From Clostridia bacterium (lineage in GTDB: Bacteria; Bacillota; Clostridia; Oscillospirales; CAG-272): a stretch of DNA of 64,000 nucleotides. Below are positions 8,635 to 19,445 of this stretch, in pieces; positions within the stretch are counted from its first letter, which is position 1; every line of letters begins with the position of its first letter. A program made the translations under genes and the position numbers. The notes below the pieces were generated by a model. The model saw only the letters and a list, made by a program, of their open reading frames with translations, did not search any database and was not told the origin of the DNA. The stretch spans positions 12,265 to 76,264 of the forward strand of contig JAGASL010000063.1 in the NCBI GenBank assembly GCA_017621755.1. Reading direction: 5' to 3'.

Positions 8635-9699
8635 ATGCGTATTGATGAAATTGATCGTAATTTACATGTAGAGAGTAATATTACCGAGCCGGATATCATC
8701 TGGCTGGATGCCAGGCAGGCTCCCATCGCCATTTTTGGCCTGCAGTATGATGAGGGGCAGGGCTGCTTTGTTCGTATGCCACAGGCCGTGGCCGACACGG
8801 TGAACGACGGCGTTGCCTACCTGAATCGCAATACCGCCGGCGGGCGTGTGCGCTTTCGCACCAATTCTACGTTTATCGGCATTCGCGCCGTCATGAAAAA
8901 CGAGAATATGATGTCACACTTTACGCTGGCCGGTCAATCCGGCTTTGACCTGTACCGCAGTGTAGCAGGCGAGCAATCGAAGTACGTTGGCACCTATATT
9001 CCACCGATTGGGATCAAGGAGGGATATTCCTCTTCCCGCTGGGTAGATGGGCAGATGGCCGATTATACCATCAACTTCCCGCTCTATGATCGCGTAGAAG
9101 CGCTTTACATCGCCCTGAAGAAGGATGCCCTGATCGAGGCGCCCACCGCCTACCGTAACGAGCTGCCCGTGGTCTACTACGGCTCCTCCATCACCCAGGG
9201 CGGCTGCGCCTCTCGCCCCGGCAACTGCTACCAGGCCATTCTGTCACGCCGCCTGGATATTGACTATACCAATCTCGGCTTCTCCGGCAGCGCCCGCGCA
9301 GAGGAGAGCATGGTGAAGTACCTTGCCTCGCTGCCTATGTCGGTATTCGTTTCTGATTATGACCACAACGCCCCAACGCTTGAGCACCTGCAGGCAACGC
9401 ACGAGCCGCTGTACCGCGCTGTGCGCGCCGCACAGCCCGATCTGCCGATCATTCTTATTTCCGCGCCGGACGTGCTATATAACCCTGCCTTCTACGCGCC
9501 GCGCCGTGAGGTGGTTTTAGAAACCTACCGCCGCGCAAGGGAGGCGGGGGATGAAAACGTCTACCTGGTAGACGGCGCAGACCTCTTTGCCGGCGAGGAT
9601 GCAGATAGCTGCACCGTAGACGGCGCTCACCCGAACGATCTTGGCTTTTACCGCATGGCGCTTGCCATCGAAGCGGTGCTGGCCAAGCTGATTAAATAA
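8635..9699 (+). CDS. SGNH/GDSL hydrolase with N-terminal GxDLY-type domain (probable carbohydrate esterase)
   Basis: SGFDLY motif, block I YYGSSITQG, GFSGSA, and DGAHPNDLG (catalytic D..H). Start at ATG 8635 after GAGGTG; the upstream ORF part covers the promoter. Confidence 0.75.
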   Translation: MRIDEIDRNLHVESNITEPDIIWLDARQAPIAIFGLQYDEGQGCFVRMPQAVADTVNDGVAYLNRNTAGGRVRFRTNSTFIGIRAVMKNENMMSHFTLAGQSGFDLYRSVAGEQSKYVGTYIPPIGIKEGYSSSRWVDGQMADYTINFPLYDRVEALYIALKKDALIEAPTAYRNELPVVYYGSSITQGGCASRPGNCYQAILSRRLDIDYTNLGFSGSARAEESMVKYLASLPMSVFVSDYDHNAPTLEHLQATHEPLYRAVRAAQPDLPIILISAPDVLYNPAFYAPRREVVLETYRRAREAGDENVYLVDGADLFAGEDADSCTVDGAHPNDLGFYRMALAIEAVLAKLIK

Positions 9700-9713
9700 A
9701 AAAGGAATTGCTT

Positions 9714-10490
9714 ATGCGAATTGTTATTAAGATCGGTACTTCCACCCTGGCTTATCCGACCGGCCACCTGCATATTCGCCGCACCGAGGAGCTTTGCCGC
9801 ACGGTAAGCGATATGAAGAACGCCGGGCACGAGATTGTTCTCGTCTCCTCCGGCGCTATCGGCATGGGCGTTGGTAAGCTGGGGCTGAAGAACCGCCCCA
9901 CCGATATCCCTACCAAGCAGGCCGCAGCCGCCGTTGGCCAATGCGAGCTGATGTATACCTATGACAAGCTGTTTGGGGAATACAACCATACCGTAGCGCA
10001 GATCCTGCTCACGGGGGATGATTTTCACCATGCCGACCGGCTTGAAAACTTTACCAACACCATCGGCCGCTTGCTGGAGCTGGGGGCATTGCCAATCATT
10101 AATGAAAACGATAGTATCGCTACCGAGGAGATCAAGGTGGGGGATAACGATACCCTGTCTGCCTACGTTGCCGTTAATACCGGGGCAGATCTGCTGATCT
10201 TGCTTTCGGATATCGATGGGCTGTATACGGCAGACCCGCACACCGATCAAAGCGCCCGCCTGATCGAGCGAGTGGATGGGATCACCGACGAGATCCGCGC
10301 GCTGGCAGGGGGCGAGGGCTCCTCTCTTGGCACGGGCGGCATGCGCACCAAGCTGCGCGCGGCCGAAATCTGTAACGAAAAGGGCTGCGATATGGTGATC
10401 GCCAACGGGGCAGACCCTGCCGTTTTGTATGCCATCATCAATGGCGAGGGGGCTGTTTGCACCCGCTTTTACGCAAAGGGGGCGCAGTAA
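9714..10490 (+). CDS. proB: glutamate 5-kinase (short form, no PUA domain)
   Basis: [21 protein letters not shown], and [21 protein letters not shown]. First gene of a proB-proA-proC array. Confidence 0.9.
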   Translation: MRIVIKIGTSTLAYPTGHLHIRRTEELCRTVSDMKNAGHEIVLVSSGAIGMGVGKLGLKNRPTDIPTKQAAAAVGQCELMYTYDKLFGEYNHTVAQILLTGDDFHHADRLENFTNTIGRLLELGALPIINENDSIATEEIKVGDNDTLSAYVAVNTGADLLILLSDIDGLYTADPHTDQSARLIERVDGITDEIRALAGGEGSSLGTGGMRTKLRAAEICNEKGCDMVIANGADPAVLYAIINGEGAVCTRFYAKGAQ

Positions 10491-10500
10491 ATTGGACGCA

Positions 10501-11751
10501 ATGCTGGATATGCTTACCCGCGCCAAGGCGGCTGCGCTGCGCTTAGCCCTACTTGGCACAGAGGAAAAAAACAAGGCGCTGCTGCATATGGCCGCCTGTC
10601 TGCGCGCCGGCACCAAGGAGATCCTTGCTGCCAACGCAGAGGACGTGGCCGCCGCACGCGCCCACCTGGGCGACGTGATGGTAGACCGCCTGCTGCTAAG
10701 CGAGGCGCGCATTGCCGCCATGGCCAAGGGGATCGAGGAGGTCGTGGCCCTACCTGACCCCGTGGGTATTACGGGCGAGACGGTCGAGCGGCCAAACGGC
10801 CTTTCGATTACGCGTGTTTCGGTGCCGCTGGGCGTGATCGCCATTATTTATGAAAGCCGGCCAAACGTGACCTCAGATGCGGCCGCCCTCTGCTTAAAGA
10901 GCGGCAACGTATGCATTCTGCGCGGTGGCAAGGAGGCGTTTCGCACCTCCTCGGCCATTATCACCATCCTGCGCCGTGCGTTAGAGGAATGTGGCCTGCC
11001 GGCCGATTTTATCAATATGCCGCAGGATACCTCGCGCGAGAGCGCTGCCCGCTTGATGGGGGCGGTTGGCTACGTGGATGCGCTGATCCCGCGCGGTGGC
11101 GCCGGCCTCATTCGTGCCTGCGTAGAGCAGGCGCGTGTTCCCTGTATTCAAACCGGCACTGGCATTTGCCATATCTACGTGGATGCCGAGGCGGATCCCG
11201 ACATGGCGCTTTCCATTGTAGAAAACGCTAAAACGAGCCGCCCCTCGGTCTGCAACGCGGCCGAGGTGTGCCTGGTGCACGAGGCGGTGGCGGCTGCCTT
11301 TTTGCCCCGCCTGCAAAAAAAACTGGTGGATGACCGCCGTGCGGCCGGCCTTGTGCCGGTAGAGCTACGGCTTTGCGCCCGCGCCGCCGCCCTGATCAAC
11401 GGCACGCCGGCAGGCGAGAGCGATTTTGATACCGAATTTCTTGATTATATTCTGGCAGTTCGCGTGGTGGGTAGCCTTGACGAGGCTGTGGCGCATATTG
11501 CCGCCCACAGCACGCACCACAGCGAGGCGATCGTGACCGCCAATAGCGAAACGGCGGCGCGCTTTACACGCGCGGTCGATAGCGCCGCCGTGTATCACAA
11601 CGCCTCTACCCGGTTTACCGATGGCGGCGAGTTCGGCCTGGGCTGCGAGATCGGTATCTCCACGCAAAAGCTACACGCCCGTGGGCCGATGGGGCTTGCG
11701 GAGCTGACATCCTATAAATACGTGATCCGCGGTAGCGGACAGATACGGTGA
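10501..11751 (+). CDS. proA: glutamate-5-semialdehyde dehydrogenase
   Basis: [36 protein letters not shown], and [14 protein letters not shown] at 10492 is an alternative start. Confidence 0.9.
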   Translation: MLDMLTRAKAAALRLALLGTEEKNKALLHMAACLRAGTKEILAANAEDVAAARAHLGDVMVDRLLLSEARIAAMAKGIEEVVALPDPVGITGETVERPNGLSITRVSVPLGVIAIIYESRPNVTSDAAALCLKSGNVCILRGGKEAFRTSSAIITILRRALEECGLPADFINMPQDTSRESAARLMGAVGYVDALIPRGGAGLIRACVEQARVPCIQTGTGICHIYVDAEADPDMALSIVENAKTSRPSVCNAAEVCLVHEAVAAAFLPRLQKKLVDDRRAAGLVPVELRLCARAAALINGTPAGESDFDTEFLDYILAVRVVGSLDEAVAHIAAHSTHHSEAIVTANSETAARFTRAVDSAAVYHNASTRFTDGGEFGLGCEIGISTQKLHARGPMGLAELTSYKYVIRGSGQIR

Positions 11752-11761
11752 GGTAAACGCT

Positions 11762-12556
11762 ATGAAATATGAGATCGGATTTATTGGCTGCGGTAACATG
11801 GGTGGCGCGCTTGCCCGCGCGGTAGCCAAGGTGCTGCCGGGCGAAAAGATCGCCCTGTGCGACCTGGATGAAGCAAAGGTCATCACCCTTGCCGCTACGC
11901 TTGGTGCCTGCGCGGTGGATCTTTCTACCCTCGTGCGGGAAAGCCGCTTTGTGGTGCTGGGCGTTAAGCCGCAGATGCTTTCTGGCACGGTCAAGGCATT
12001 TCGCAGCCTGCTGCAGCCTGACCAGGTGATTATTTCTATGGCGGCTGGTGTCTCTATTGCCACGCTGCGTGATGATTGCGGGGCAGATGCCCGCATTATT
12101 CGCATCATGCCCAATACGCCCGCCTCGCTTGGCGAGGGGGTGATCCTGTACGTGGCAGACGGTACCACCGCCGCCGAGGAGCAGGATTTTCTTACCTACT
12201 TTGCCGGTGCCGGCATGATCGACCCGATCGAGGAGAGCCGCATTGATGCGGCCAGCGCACTTTCCGGCTGCGGCCCGGCCTTTGCCTATATCTTTGCCGA
12301 GGCGATGGCAGATGCCGCGGTGGAATGCGGCATCCCGCGTGATAAGGCCATTGCCTACGCAGCGCGCACGCTGTGCGGCGCCGCCCGCATGGTAGAGGAA
12401 TACGGCAACCCCGCTACGCTAAAGGATGCGGTCTGTAGCGCCGGCGGCAGCACCATTGCCGGTGTGCACGCGTTAGAAAAGGGCGGCCTTCGCGCCGCCG
12501 TCATGGATGCCGTGACCGCCGCCTACCACCGCACGGTAGAGCTTGGTAAAAAATAA
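11762..12556 (+). CDS. proC: pyrroline-5-carboxylate reductase
   Basis: IGFIGCGNMGGALA Rossmann motif, RIMPNTPA, and SAGGSTIAGV. Confidence 0.9.
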   Translation: MKYEIGFIGCGNMGGALARAVAKVLPGEKIALCDLDEAKVITLAATLGACAVDLSTLVRESRFVVLGVKPQMLSGTVKAFRSLLQPDQVIISMAAGVSIATLRDDCGADARIIRIMPNTPASLGEGVILYVADGTTAAEEQDFLTYFAGAGMIDPIEESRIDAASALSGCGPAFAYIFAEAMADAAVECGIPRDKAIAYAARTLCGAARMVEEYGNPATLKDAVCSAGGSTIAGVHALEKGGLRAAVMDAVTAAYHRTVELGKK

Positions 12557-12572
12557 AAGGGGAAAGAAGTAA

Positions 12573-14732
12573 GTGGATATTCATGCATTATTAAAACGGA
12601 TGACGCTAGAGCAGAAGCTTGCGCAAATGTCACAATATGGCACCAGCTATCTGATGGCCACCGCCAAGGATGACGTAACAGGCCCGGCGCGAGCTCTGGG
12701 GCTGAATGGTGAGCAGGTCGCCGCCGTTGGCTCTACGCTTGGTAGTGCTCAAGCAGCAGACGTGATCGCCATGCAGCAAAACCATCTGGCAAACGATCCT
12801 AACAAGATTCCTCTGTTGTTCATGCGAGACGTGATTCACGGTTACCGCACCATATATCCTATTCCGCTGGGTATGGGTGCTACCTGGGATGAGGGGCTGG
12901 TTTATGATTGCTGTCGCATGGCGGCGAAGGAGGCTGCCGTTTCCGGTATTCAGGTCAATTTCTCGCCCATGGTAGACTTGGTGCGTGATTGCCGCTGGGG
13001 CCGGAATATGGAGTCCACAGGCGAAGATCCTTGGTATAATAGCCGCATGGCTGCCGCTATGGTAAAGGGGTACCAAGGGGATGATGATCTGCAGGGAAAA
13101 TATGATATTGCCGCTTGCGTGAAGCATTTTGCGGCCTACGGCGCAGCCGAGAGCGGGCGTGATTACAACACCACCGATATGAGTGAGCATACCCTGCGTG
13201 AATACTATTTGCCTGCCTACCGTGCGGCGGTGGATGCTGGGGTAGAGATGGTGATGACCTCCTTTAATGCGCTGAACGGCATTCCCTGTGCCGGGAACAG
13301 CCGTCTTGCTGCCGACATCTTGCGCAACGAGTGGGGCTTTGACGGCGTGGTGATCTCTGATTGGAACTCCTTCCATGAAATGGTGAACCACGGCTACGCG
13401 GCAAACGATCGCGATGCTGCCGAAAAGGCGATCCAAGCCGTAACGGATATTGAAATGATGTCTACCTGCTATCTGCGTTATATGCGTGCCCTCATCGAGG
13501 AAGGGAAGGTTAGTGAGGAGCAGATCGACCAGGCGGTTTTGCGCATTCTTCGCCTAAAGGAAAAGCTGGGTATGTTTGAAAACCCGCTGCGCGCTACCTC
13601 GGTAGAGGAAGAGGCAAAATATTGTCTGTGCGAGGAGCACCGTGCGCTTGCCCGTCGCGCAGCAGAGCAGGCTGCCGTGCTGCTTAAAAACGATGGGGTG
13701 CTGCCCCTTTCCGAGAATATTGGCAGCATTGCCGTGATCGGCCCGTTTGCCGCGTGCGGCATGAACGGCTGGTGGAGCTGCCAGGGTAAAACGGATGAAT
13801 CGGTTTCCGTTGCTGCCGGATTGCGTGCGGCTTTGCCGCAGGCAACGATCACGGTGGCTGCCGGCTGTACGGACGGATTGCATGATCCGCTTGACCCTGC
13901 TATGCTGGAGGCAGCGCTGGATATGGCCCGGGCGTCTGAGTCGGTCGTGCTCTGCCTTGGCGAGCAGGAGGGCTGGAGCGGCGAGGGCAACTCGCGCGCA
14001 GACGTAGGTCTGCCGGCGGCACAGAAGGAGCTTTTGCGCCGTGTTGCCGCGGTTAATCCGCGCACGGTCGTTCTGCTGTTTAACGGCCGCCCGTTGGCAC
14101 TTGGCGACGTGATCGATGCCGCGCCTGCCTTCTTTACGATGTGGCAGCCTGGCACCGAGGGTGGCTCTGCCGCGGCTAATCTGTTGCTGGGGCGTGTGAA
14201 CTTCAGCGGCCACCTGACCATGAGCTTCCCGTACCACGTTGGCCAGGCACCCATTTACTATAACAGCATGCGCACCGGCCGCCCGAAGCCGGGGGATGAT
14301 TCTACAATGGGCTATGTGAGCCGGTACGTGGATTGCCCCAATGCACCGCTGTTCCCGTTTGGCTACGGCCTTTCCTATACCGACTTTACCTACGGCAGGC
14401 CTACCCTGAGCGCCACGCAGATAAAGCGGGGCGAAAGCTTGACCCTATCCCTAACGGTGAAAAACACCGGCAAGATGGCCGGCAGCACCGTGGTACAGCT
14501 GTATATTCACGATCCGGTTGCCTCGCTGGTTCGCCCGGTGCGTGAGATGCGCGATTACGCGCGCGTTACGCTTGGCGCCGGGGAAGAGAAAGAGGTACAA
14601 TTCAAGATCGATGAGGCGATGCTGGCCTTCTATACGGCTGAGGGGCGCTACGAGGCCGAGCCCGGCTGCTTCCGTGTCTGGGCCGCGCCCGATGCCGCCT
14701 CCGGCGAGGCGCTTAGCTTCACGCTTCTGTAA
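12573..14732 (+). CDS. glycoside hydrolase family 3 beta-glucosidase-like enzyme
   Basis: GH3 motifs RDCRWGRNMESTGEDP, KHFAAYG and VISDWNS, plus a C-terminal Fn3-like tail. GTG start after AAAGGGGAAAGAAG. Confidence 0.88.
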   Translation: MDIHALLKRMTLEQKLAQMSQYGTSYLMATAKDDVTGPARALGLNGEQVAAVGSTLGSAQAADVIAMQQNHLANDPNKIPLLFMRDVIHGYRTIYPIPLGMGATWDEGLVYDCCRMAAKEAAVSGIQVNFSPMVDLVRDCRWGRNMESTGEDPWYNSRMAAAMVKGYQGDDDLQGKYDIAACVKHFAAYGAAESGRDYNTTDMSEHTLREYYLPAYRAAVDAGVEMVMTSFNALNGIPCAGNSRLAADILRNEWGFDGVVISDWNSFHEMVNHGYAANDRDAAEKAIQAVTDIEMMSTCYLRYMRALIEEGKVSEEQIDQAVLRILRLKEKLGMFENPLRATSVEEEAKYCLCEEHRALARRAAEQAAVLLKNDGVLPLSENIGSIAVIGPFAACGMNGWWSCQGKTDESVSVAAGLRAALPQATITVAAGCTDGLHDPLDPAMLEAALDMARASESVVLCLGEQEGWSGEGNSRADVGLPAAQKELLRRVAAVNPRTVVLLFNGRPLALGDVIDAAPAFFTMWQPGTEGGSAAANLLLGRVNFSGHLTMSFPYHVGQAPIYYNSMRTGRPKPGDDSTMGYVSRYVDCPNAPLFPFGYGLSYTDFTYGRPTLSATQIKRGESLTLSLTVKNTGKMAGSTVVQLYIHDPVASLVRPVREMRDYARVTLGAGEEKEVQFKIDEAMLAFYTAEGRYEAEPGCFRVWAAPDAASGEALSFTLL

Positions 14733-14743
14733 ACACGCCATAG

Positions 14744-14785
14744 AAAAAAGGCCGAGAATTTTTCAAAAATTCTCGGCCTTTTTTT
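14744..14785. terminator. bidirectional intrinsic terminator
   Basis: A-run, ggccgagaatt / aattctcggcc stem, T-run, between convergent genes. Confidence 0.75.
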
Positions 14786-14811
14786 GCTGCTAGATATTGC
14801 TTTCTTGTTAA

Positions 14812-16257
14812 TTATTTTCGATATAAAAAGCGATACGGTCGCTGCTTGAATAGGATGACATTGTTATTGGCATTGGTAACGTCAAGGGCAACACCGCCGG
14901 TCGTAACTCTTTCGGTCACCTTGTACCACCCCTCTGTATTTTCAAACGTTACCGTCTGTAAATAACCGTTGCCTGAAAAGGCTGTAAGCTCGAGCCACTT
15001 CACGCTGGCCGGGATCGTGATATGGCGCAGCGGTGTTGCCATAAAGGCAGCAGCCTCGATTCGGACAAGTGTATCCGGCAGATCGATCTCGGTTAGTGCA
15101 TCGCATCTTATAAACGCGTTTCTACCAATCGTTACGGCACCGCCTAAGGATAGCCGCGCAAGGCTATAACAAGAATGAAAGGACGCGCCGCCGATCGTTT
15201 GACAGCTTTGCGGAAGAGAAACCCTTACCAAGCTGGTGCATTTGAAAAACGCCATTTCTTCAATGGTAACAACCCCCTCCAGCACGGTCAGCCCGGTGAT
15301 CCCCGTTTCGGCAAAAGCCTTTTCACCGATGGCAGTTACCGTATATTTCCCGATCTCACCGGGGATGCAGATATCTAAATCGGTGCAGGTGCCCAGGCCG
15401 GTGATCGTGCAGGTCTTTTTATCGGGATTGACCACGTAGGCAAGCCCGGCAGAGGCGCTGGTGGCCTGCATGTAGCGATCACGGTAGTAGTCGCCGCACA
15501 CGCCGCAGGTAAATTCCGTATACCCCTGCTTGACCGATGTGGCCGGTATGACGTGCTCGGTATATTGGTGGCCGGGCGCCGGAATGGGCTGCGTGCGCAG
15601 ATATGCGCCGCACACGGCGCAGCTTAGATTGCGCTTGCCCTCATACGCGCAATGCGGCTCGGTCTCTGTTGTCCATTCCCCCTCGGTATGTGCCACGGTG
15701 GGAATGCTCAGCTCCTCGACCAGCTGGCCGCAATCATCACAGCGCATGCCGCCCTTGCCCTCTTTTTCGCAGGTGGCCGCTTCAAAGACCTCCATCGTTA
15801 CGCGCGTGTGGGCGCGCATCGGGATGGCGCGGGTGTCCGTATATCCGCAGGCTTGGCAGCTTCGTGCCTCCTTTCCCTCTGCCGCACAGGTGGCGGCTAC
15901 GGTCTCTGCCCACTCGCCGTAGGTATGTGGGAGTGCCGGAATCTCCTCCTCGGCCAGGCTGGTGCCGCATACCGTGCAAAGCTGCACCCTCACGCCCGCC
16001 TGTGAGCAGCTGGCTGCCACGGCAGGGGCAAAGACACCCGGTGTGTGGGCAAGCTGGTCGATCGTTTTCGTTTCTACAAAGCCGCATACGGTGCAGGTGC
16101 GCGTCTCCTTGCCGGGGGCGGCACAGGTGGTGGCCTTTGCTTGTACCCATTCGCCGTAGGTATGCACCTCGCAGGGCGCTTTCTCACAGGCGGCAAGGGT
16201 GGTGAGCAGCAAAAGACCAAGCAGTAGGGTCAATACCGCTTTCATTCCATAGCGCAT
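14812..16257 (-). CDS. surface lipoprotein: six Cys-rich repeats plus C-terminal BspA-type leucine-rich repeats
   Basis: Signal peptide with lipobox LAAC. About six ~40-aa repeats (HT.GEW...ATC...G...R.C..CG....IP). C-terminal LRR pattern (I.IP.SV..I...AF..C..L..V). RBS AAAGGAGA. Confidence 0.75.
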   Translation of the reverse strand: MRYGMKAVLTLLLGLLLLTTLAACEKAPCEVHTYGEWVQAKATTCAAPGKETRTCTVCGFVETKTIDQLAHTPGVFAPAVAASCSQAGVRVQLCTVCGTSLAEEEIPALPHTYGEWAETVAATCAAEGKEARSCQACGYTDTRAIPMRAHTRVTMEVFEAATCEKEGKGGMRCDDCGQLVEELSIPTVAHTEGEWTTETEPHCAYEGKRNLSCAVCGAYLRTQPIPAPGHQYTEHVIPATSVKQGYTEFTCGVCGDYYRDRYMQATSASAGLAYVVNPDKKTCTITGLGTCTDLDICIPGEIGKYTVTAIGEKAFAETGITGLTVLEGVVTIEEMAFFKCTSLVRVSLPQSCQTIGGASFHSCYSLARLSLGGAVTIGRNAFIRCDALTEIDLPDTLVRIEAAAFMATPLRHITIPASVKWLELTAFSGNGYLQTVTFENTEGWYKVTERVTTGGVALDVTNANNNVILFKQRPYRFLYRK

Positions 16258-16477
16258 ATTGTCATTCTCCTTTTATGATATAAAATTATTGGAAATATTA
16301 TAGCATATACGTCCACAAAATGCAATAATTCTCAAAAATTTTATGTTTGTTTGATTAAAATATTAAAATAAAAACGGTTTGCCGCACAAGAAAAAGAAAA
16401 ATCTGCCAGAGAGTAGACAAAACCGAAAAAAAGTGGTATAATAACAAAATAGTATAAAAGAGAAAGGGAGAGCGGGT

Positions 16478-17101
16478 ATGAAGATAGAGCGTTATGGCGG
16501 CCGTGGCTATGAATCTAACTGCTACCTGATCGTGGATGATGAAGAAACGCAGGCCCTGGTGCTTGACCCGGCTATCGATTTTCACACGGTGTTTCGACAG
16601 CGGGGAAAAAGTGTACCGCCGGTAGCGGCCATTCTGCTTTCCCACGCGCATTTTGACCACATGCTGGAGGTAGACGATTGGCGCGAGAAAACAGGCGCGC
16701 CGCTTGCCGTACATGCGGCAGATGCCCCTGCGCTGGGGGATGGCGAAAAAAACGTCTACCGTCTCTTTACCGGGCATGACGGGGGCACCGCCCCGGCCGA
16801 GCGGCTGCTGGCAGAGGGCGACGTTGTGCGGGTAGGCAGCGAGGCGCTTACCGTGCTGCACACACCGGGGCACACGCCCGGCTGCATCTGCCTGTACACC
16901 CCCGGCATCCTGCTTTCGGGCGATACGCTTTTTGCCGGCGACATTGGCCGTGCCGACCTGCCCGGCGGGCGGGCAAGCGTGCTGATGGATTCGCTGCACA
17001 GGCTGGGCAAGCTGCCGCCCGAAACCAAGGTCTACCCCGGCCACGGGCCGATGACCACCATAGAACGAGAGAAAAAATACAACCTGTATATAGGAGATTG
17101 A
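16478..17101 (+). CDS. MBL-fold metallo-hydrolase
   Basis: LLSHAHFDH (HxHxDH) and HTPGHTPG, 207 aa. Confidence 0.8.
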   Translation: MKIERYGGRGYESNCYLIVDDEETQALVLDPAIDFHTVFRQRGKSVPPVAAILLSHAHFDHMLEVDDWREKTGAPLAVHAADAPALGDGEKNVYRLFTGHDGGTAPAERLLAEGDVVRVGSEALTVLHTPGHTPGCICLYTPGILLSGDTLFAGDIGRADLPGGRASVLMDSLHRLGKLPPETKVYPGHGPMTTIEREKKYNLYIGD

Positions 17102-17107
17102 GGATAC

Positions 17108-18772
17108 ATGGAAGAGACGAGATCCAATTTTATTCACGACATCATAGACGAGGATCTGGCAAAGAACCCCTCGCTGAAGATCCATACCCGCTTCCCGCCG
17201 GAGCCGAACGGCTATCTGCACATTGGCCATTGCAAGGCGCTGGTTATCGATTTTGGTACGGCACGCAAGTATCAGGGCCTGTGCAACCTGCGCATGGATG
17301 ATACCAACCCCGCGAAGGAGGATACCGAGTTTGTTGACGCCATCCAGGAGGATATTCATTGGCTGGGCTTTGACTGGGATGATCGCTTCTTCTACGGCTC
17401 AGACTATTTTGAAAAGGACTACGAGCTGGCCGTTGGCCTGATCAAGAAGGGCCTGGCCTACGTGTGCGAGCTGAATGCCGAGCAGATGCGCGACCCACAG
17501 TACTGCGGCGACCTGACGCACCCGGCCGTTTCCCCCTACCGTGACCGCCCGATCGAGGAGAGCCTTGACCTGTTTGAAAGAATGAAGAACGGCGAATTCC
17601 CGGAAGGGCGTTACACCCTGCGTGCTAAGATCGACCTTGCCTCCGGCAATTTCTGCATGCGCGACCCCGTGCTTTACCGCATTCGCTATATCGAGCACCA
17701 TCGCCAGGGGAACAAATGGTGCATCTACCCGATGTACGATTTTGCACACCCGATCCAGGATGCCTTAGAGGGGGTTACCCACTCGCTCTGCTCGCTGGAA
17801 TATGAGATCCACCGCCCGCTGTACAACTGGGTGATCGACAACGTAGATCTCGAATACCCGGTCGTCAAGCCGCGGCAGATCGAATTTGCCCGCCTGAACA
17901 TGACCTACACCATGATGAGCAAGCGCTTTCTCCGTCACCTGGTGGAAAGTGGCCTGGTTGACGGCTGGGATGACCCGCGTATGCCCACCCTGTGCGGCCT
18001 GCGCCGCCGTGGCTATACTGCCGCCTCGATCCTCGATTTCTGTGACCGTATCGGCGTTGCCAAATCGAATAGCATGGTCGAGCTGGGGCTGCTGGAGGCC
18101 TGCATCCGTGACGAGCTGAACCGCACCGCCCCCCGCCGTGTGGCCGTCCTGAACCCGATCAAGGTGGTAGTAGACAACTACCCGGCCGACAAGGTAGAAT
18201 ATTTCAATCTGCCCAACAACCCGCAGGATCCCGAGGCGGGCACCCGTGCCGTGCCCTTCTCGCGTGAGCTGTATATCGATCAGGATGATTTTGCGCTGGT
18301 ACCGCCGCCGAAGTTCTTCCGCCTCAAGCCCGAGGGTGAGGTTCGTCTGATGGGTGCTTATATCGTCCGCTGCGGAGAGATCCTGCAGAACGAGGATGGC
18401 AGCATTCGCGAAATCCACGTCACGGCTGATCTTGAGACCGGCTGCGGCAACCCGGCCGACGGGCATAAGGTCAAGGGCACCATTCATTGGCTTTCTGCCC
18501 CGCACGCCATCGATGCTACCGCCGTGCTCTACGATCGTCTCTTTACCGTGCCCGACCCCGGCAACCTGCCCGAGGGCCAGACCTATGATGACGTTATGAA
18601 CCCCGATTCCCGCATCACGCTCAGCGGCGCGAAGTTTGAGCCGGCGCTGGCCGATGCCAAGCCGGGCGACCACTTCCAGTTCGTGCGCACGGGCTATTTT
18701 ACGGTAGACACCAAGAATGAAAACACCTTCAACCGCACCGTTGGCTTGAAGGACAGCTTTCCGAAGCAGTAA
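17108..18772 (+). CDS. glnS: glutamine--tRNA ligase
   Basis: Class I motifs FPPEPNGYLHIGH and TMMSKR. Length and C-terminal anticodon-binding region are typical of GlnRS. Confidence 0.9.
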   Translation: MEETRSNFIHDIIDEDLAKNPSLKIHTRFPPEPNGYLHIGHCKALVIDFGTARKYQGLCNLRMDDTNPAKEDTEFVDAIQEDIHWLGFDWDDRFFYGSDYFEKDYELAVGLIKKGLAYVCELNAEQMRDPQYCGDLTHPAVSPYRDRPIEESLDLFERMKNGEFPEGRYTLRAKIDLASGNFCMRDPVLYRIRYIEHHRQGNKWCIYPMYDFAHPIQDALEGVTHSLCSLEYEIHRPLYNWVIDNVDLEYPVVKPRQIEFARLNMTYTMMSKRFLRHLVESGLVDGWDDPRMPTLCGLRRRGYTAASILDFCDRIGVAKSNSMVELGLLEACIRDELNRTAPRRVAVLNPIKVVVDNYPADKVEYFNLPNNPQDPEAGTRAVPFSRELYIDQDDFALVPPPKFFRLKPEGEVRLMGAYIVRCGEILQNEDGSIREIHVTADLETGCGNPADGHKVKGTIHWLSAPHAIDATAVLYDRLFTVPDPGNLPEGQTYDDVMNPDSRITLSGAKFEPALADAKPGDHFQFVRTGYFTVDTKNENTFNRTVGLKDSFPKQ

Positions 18773-18790
18773 TTCTGAAGGAGAAGGATT

Positions 18791-19399
18791 ATGAAGATCT
18801 TATTTCAGGGTGATAGCATTACCGATGCCGGCAGAAACAGAGAGGATCCTCACCATTTAGGTGCCGGCTACCCCAAGTATGCCGCCGCGCTTATCGCGGC
18901 CAACCATCCCGAGATCGAGTTTGAGTTTGTAAACCTTGGCATCTCCGGCAATCAGACCAAGGATCTGGTCGCCCGCCTGGAGACGGATTTTGTAGACGTG
19001 CAGCCGGATATCGTATCGATTTTGATCGGTATCAATGACGTGTGGCACCACGCCGGCGACAAAAGCTGGATCCCGAACGAGGTGTTTGAGGAGCGGTATC
19101 GCACCGTTTTGACCGCCATTAAGGAAAAGACGAACGCCAAGATCATGATGATGGAGCCCTTCCTTATCCCGATCGAGGATAAGCTCTTCTTCCGTGAGGA
19201 TCTGGCACCGAAGATCGAGATCGTGCGCAAGCTGGCACGCGAATTTGCCGACGTGTATCTGCCTACCGACGGCCTGCTTGCCTCGGCCTTTATTGGTGAC
19301 GATCCGCTTTCCTACGCAGGGGACGGTGTTCACCCCAGCGAAAAGGGCCGCATCTTCATCGGCAAGCTGTATGCACAGTATATTGAGAAACTGATCTAA
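18791..19399 (+). CDS. SGNH/GDSL hydrolase
   Basis: FQGDSITDAG (block I), GINDV, DGVHPSEKG. Confidence 0.8.
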   Translation: MKILFQGDSITDAGRNREDPHHLGAGYPKYAAALIAANHPEIEFEFVNLGISGNQTKDLVARLETDFVDVQPDIVSILIGINDVWHHAGDKSWIPNEVFEERYRTVLTAIKEKTNAKIMMMEPFLIPIEDKLFFREDLAPKIEIVRKLAREFADVYLPTDGLLASAFIGDDPLSYAGDGVHPSEKGRIFIGKLYAQYIEKLI

Positions 19400-19407
19400 T
19401 AACAAGA

Positions 19408-19445
19408 GGCCCTGGCTGTCCATGAGCAGCCAGGGCCTTTTTTTA
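19408..19445. terminator. intrinsic terminator between convergent genes
   Basis: ggccctggctg / cagccagggcc stem followed by ttttttt. Confidence 0.65.

Noticed and set aside
9648-10844. 398-aa ORF antisense to proB/proA. Similar long antisense or alternative-frame ORFs occur at 2728..3495, 6218..7234, 12630..13436, 16355..17359, 32049..33404 and 58940..59926.
   Set aside because: These are shadow ORFs, typical of about 60% GC DNA. They have low-complexity Arg/Ala/Gly/Pro-rich translations and no RBS. Each fully overlaps a gene with strong family motifs on the other strand.
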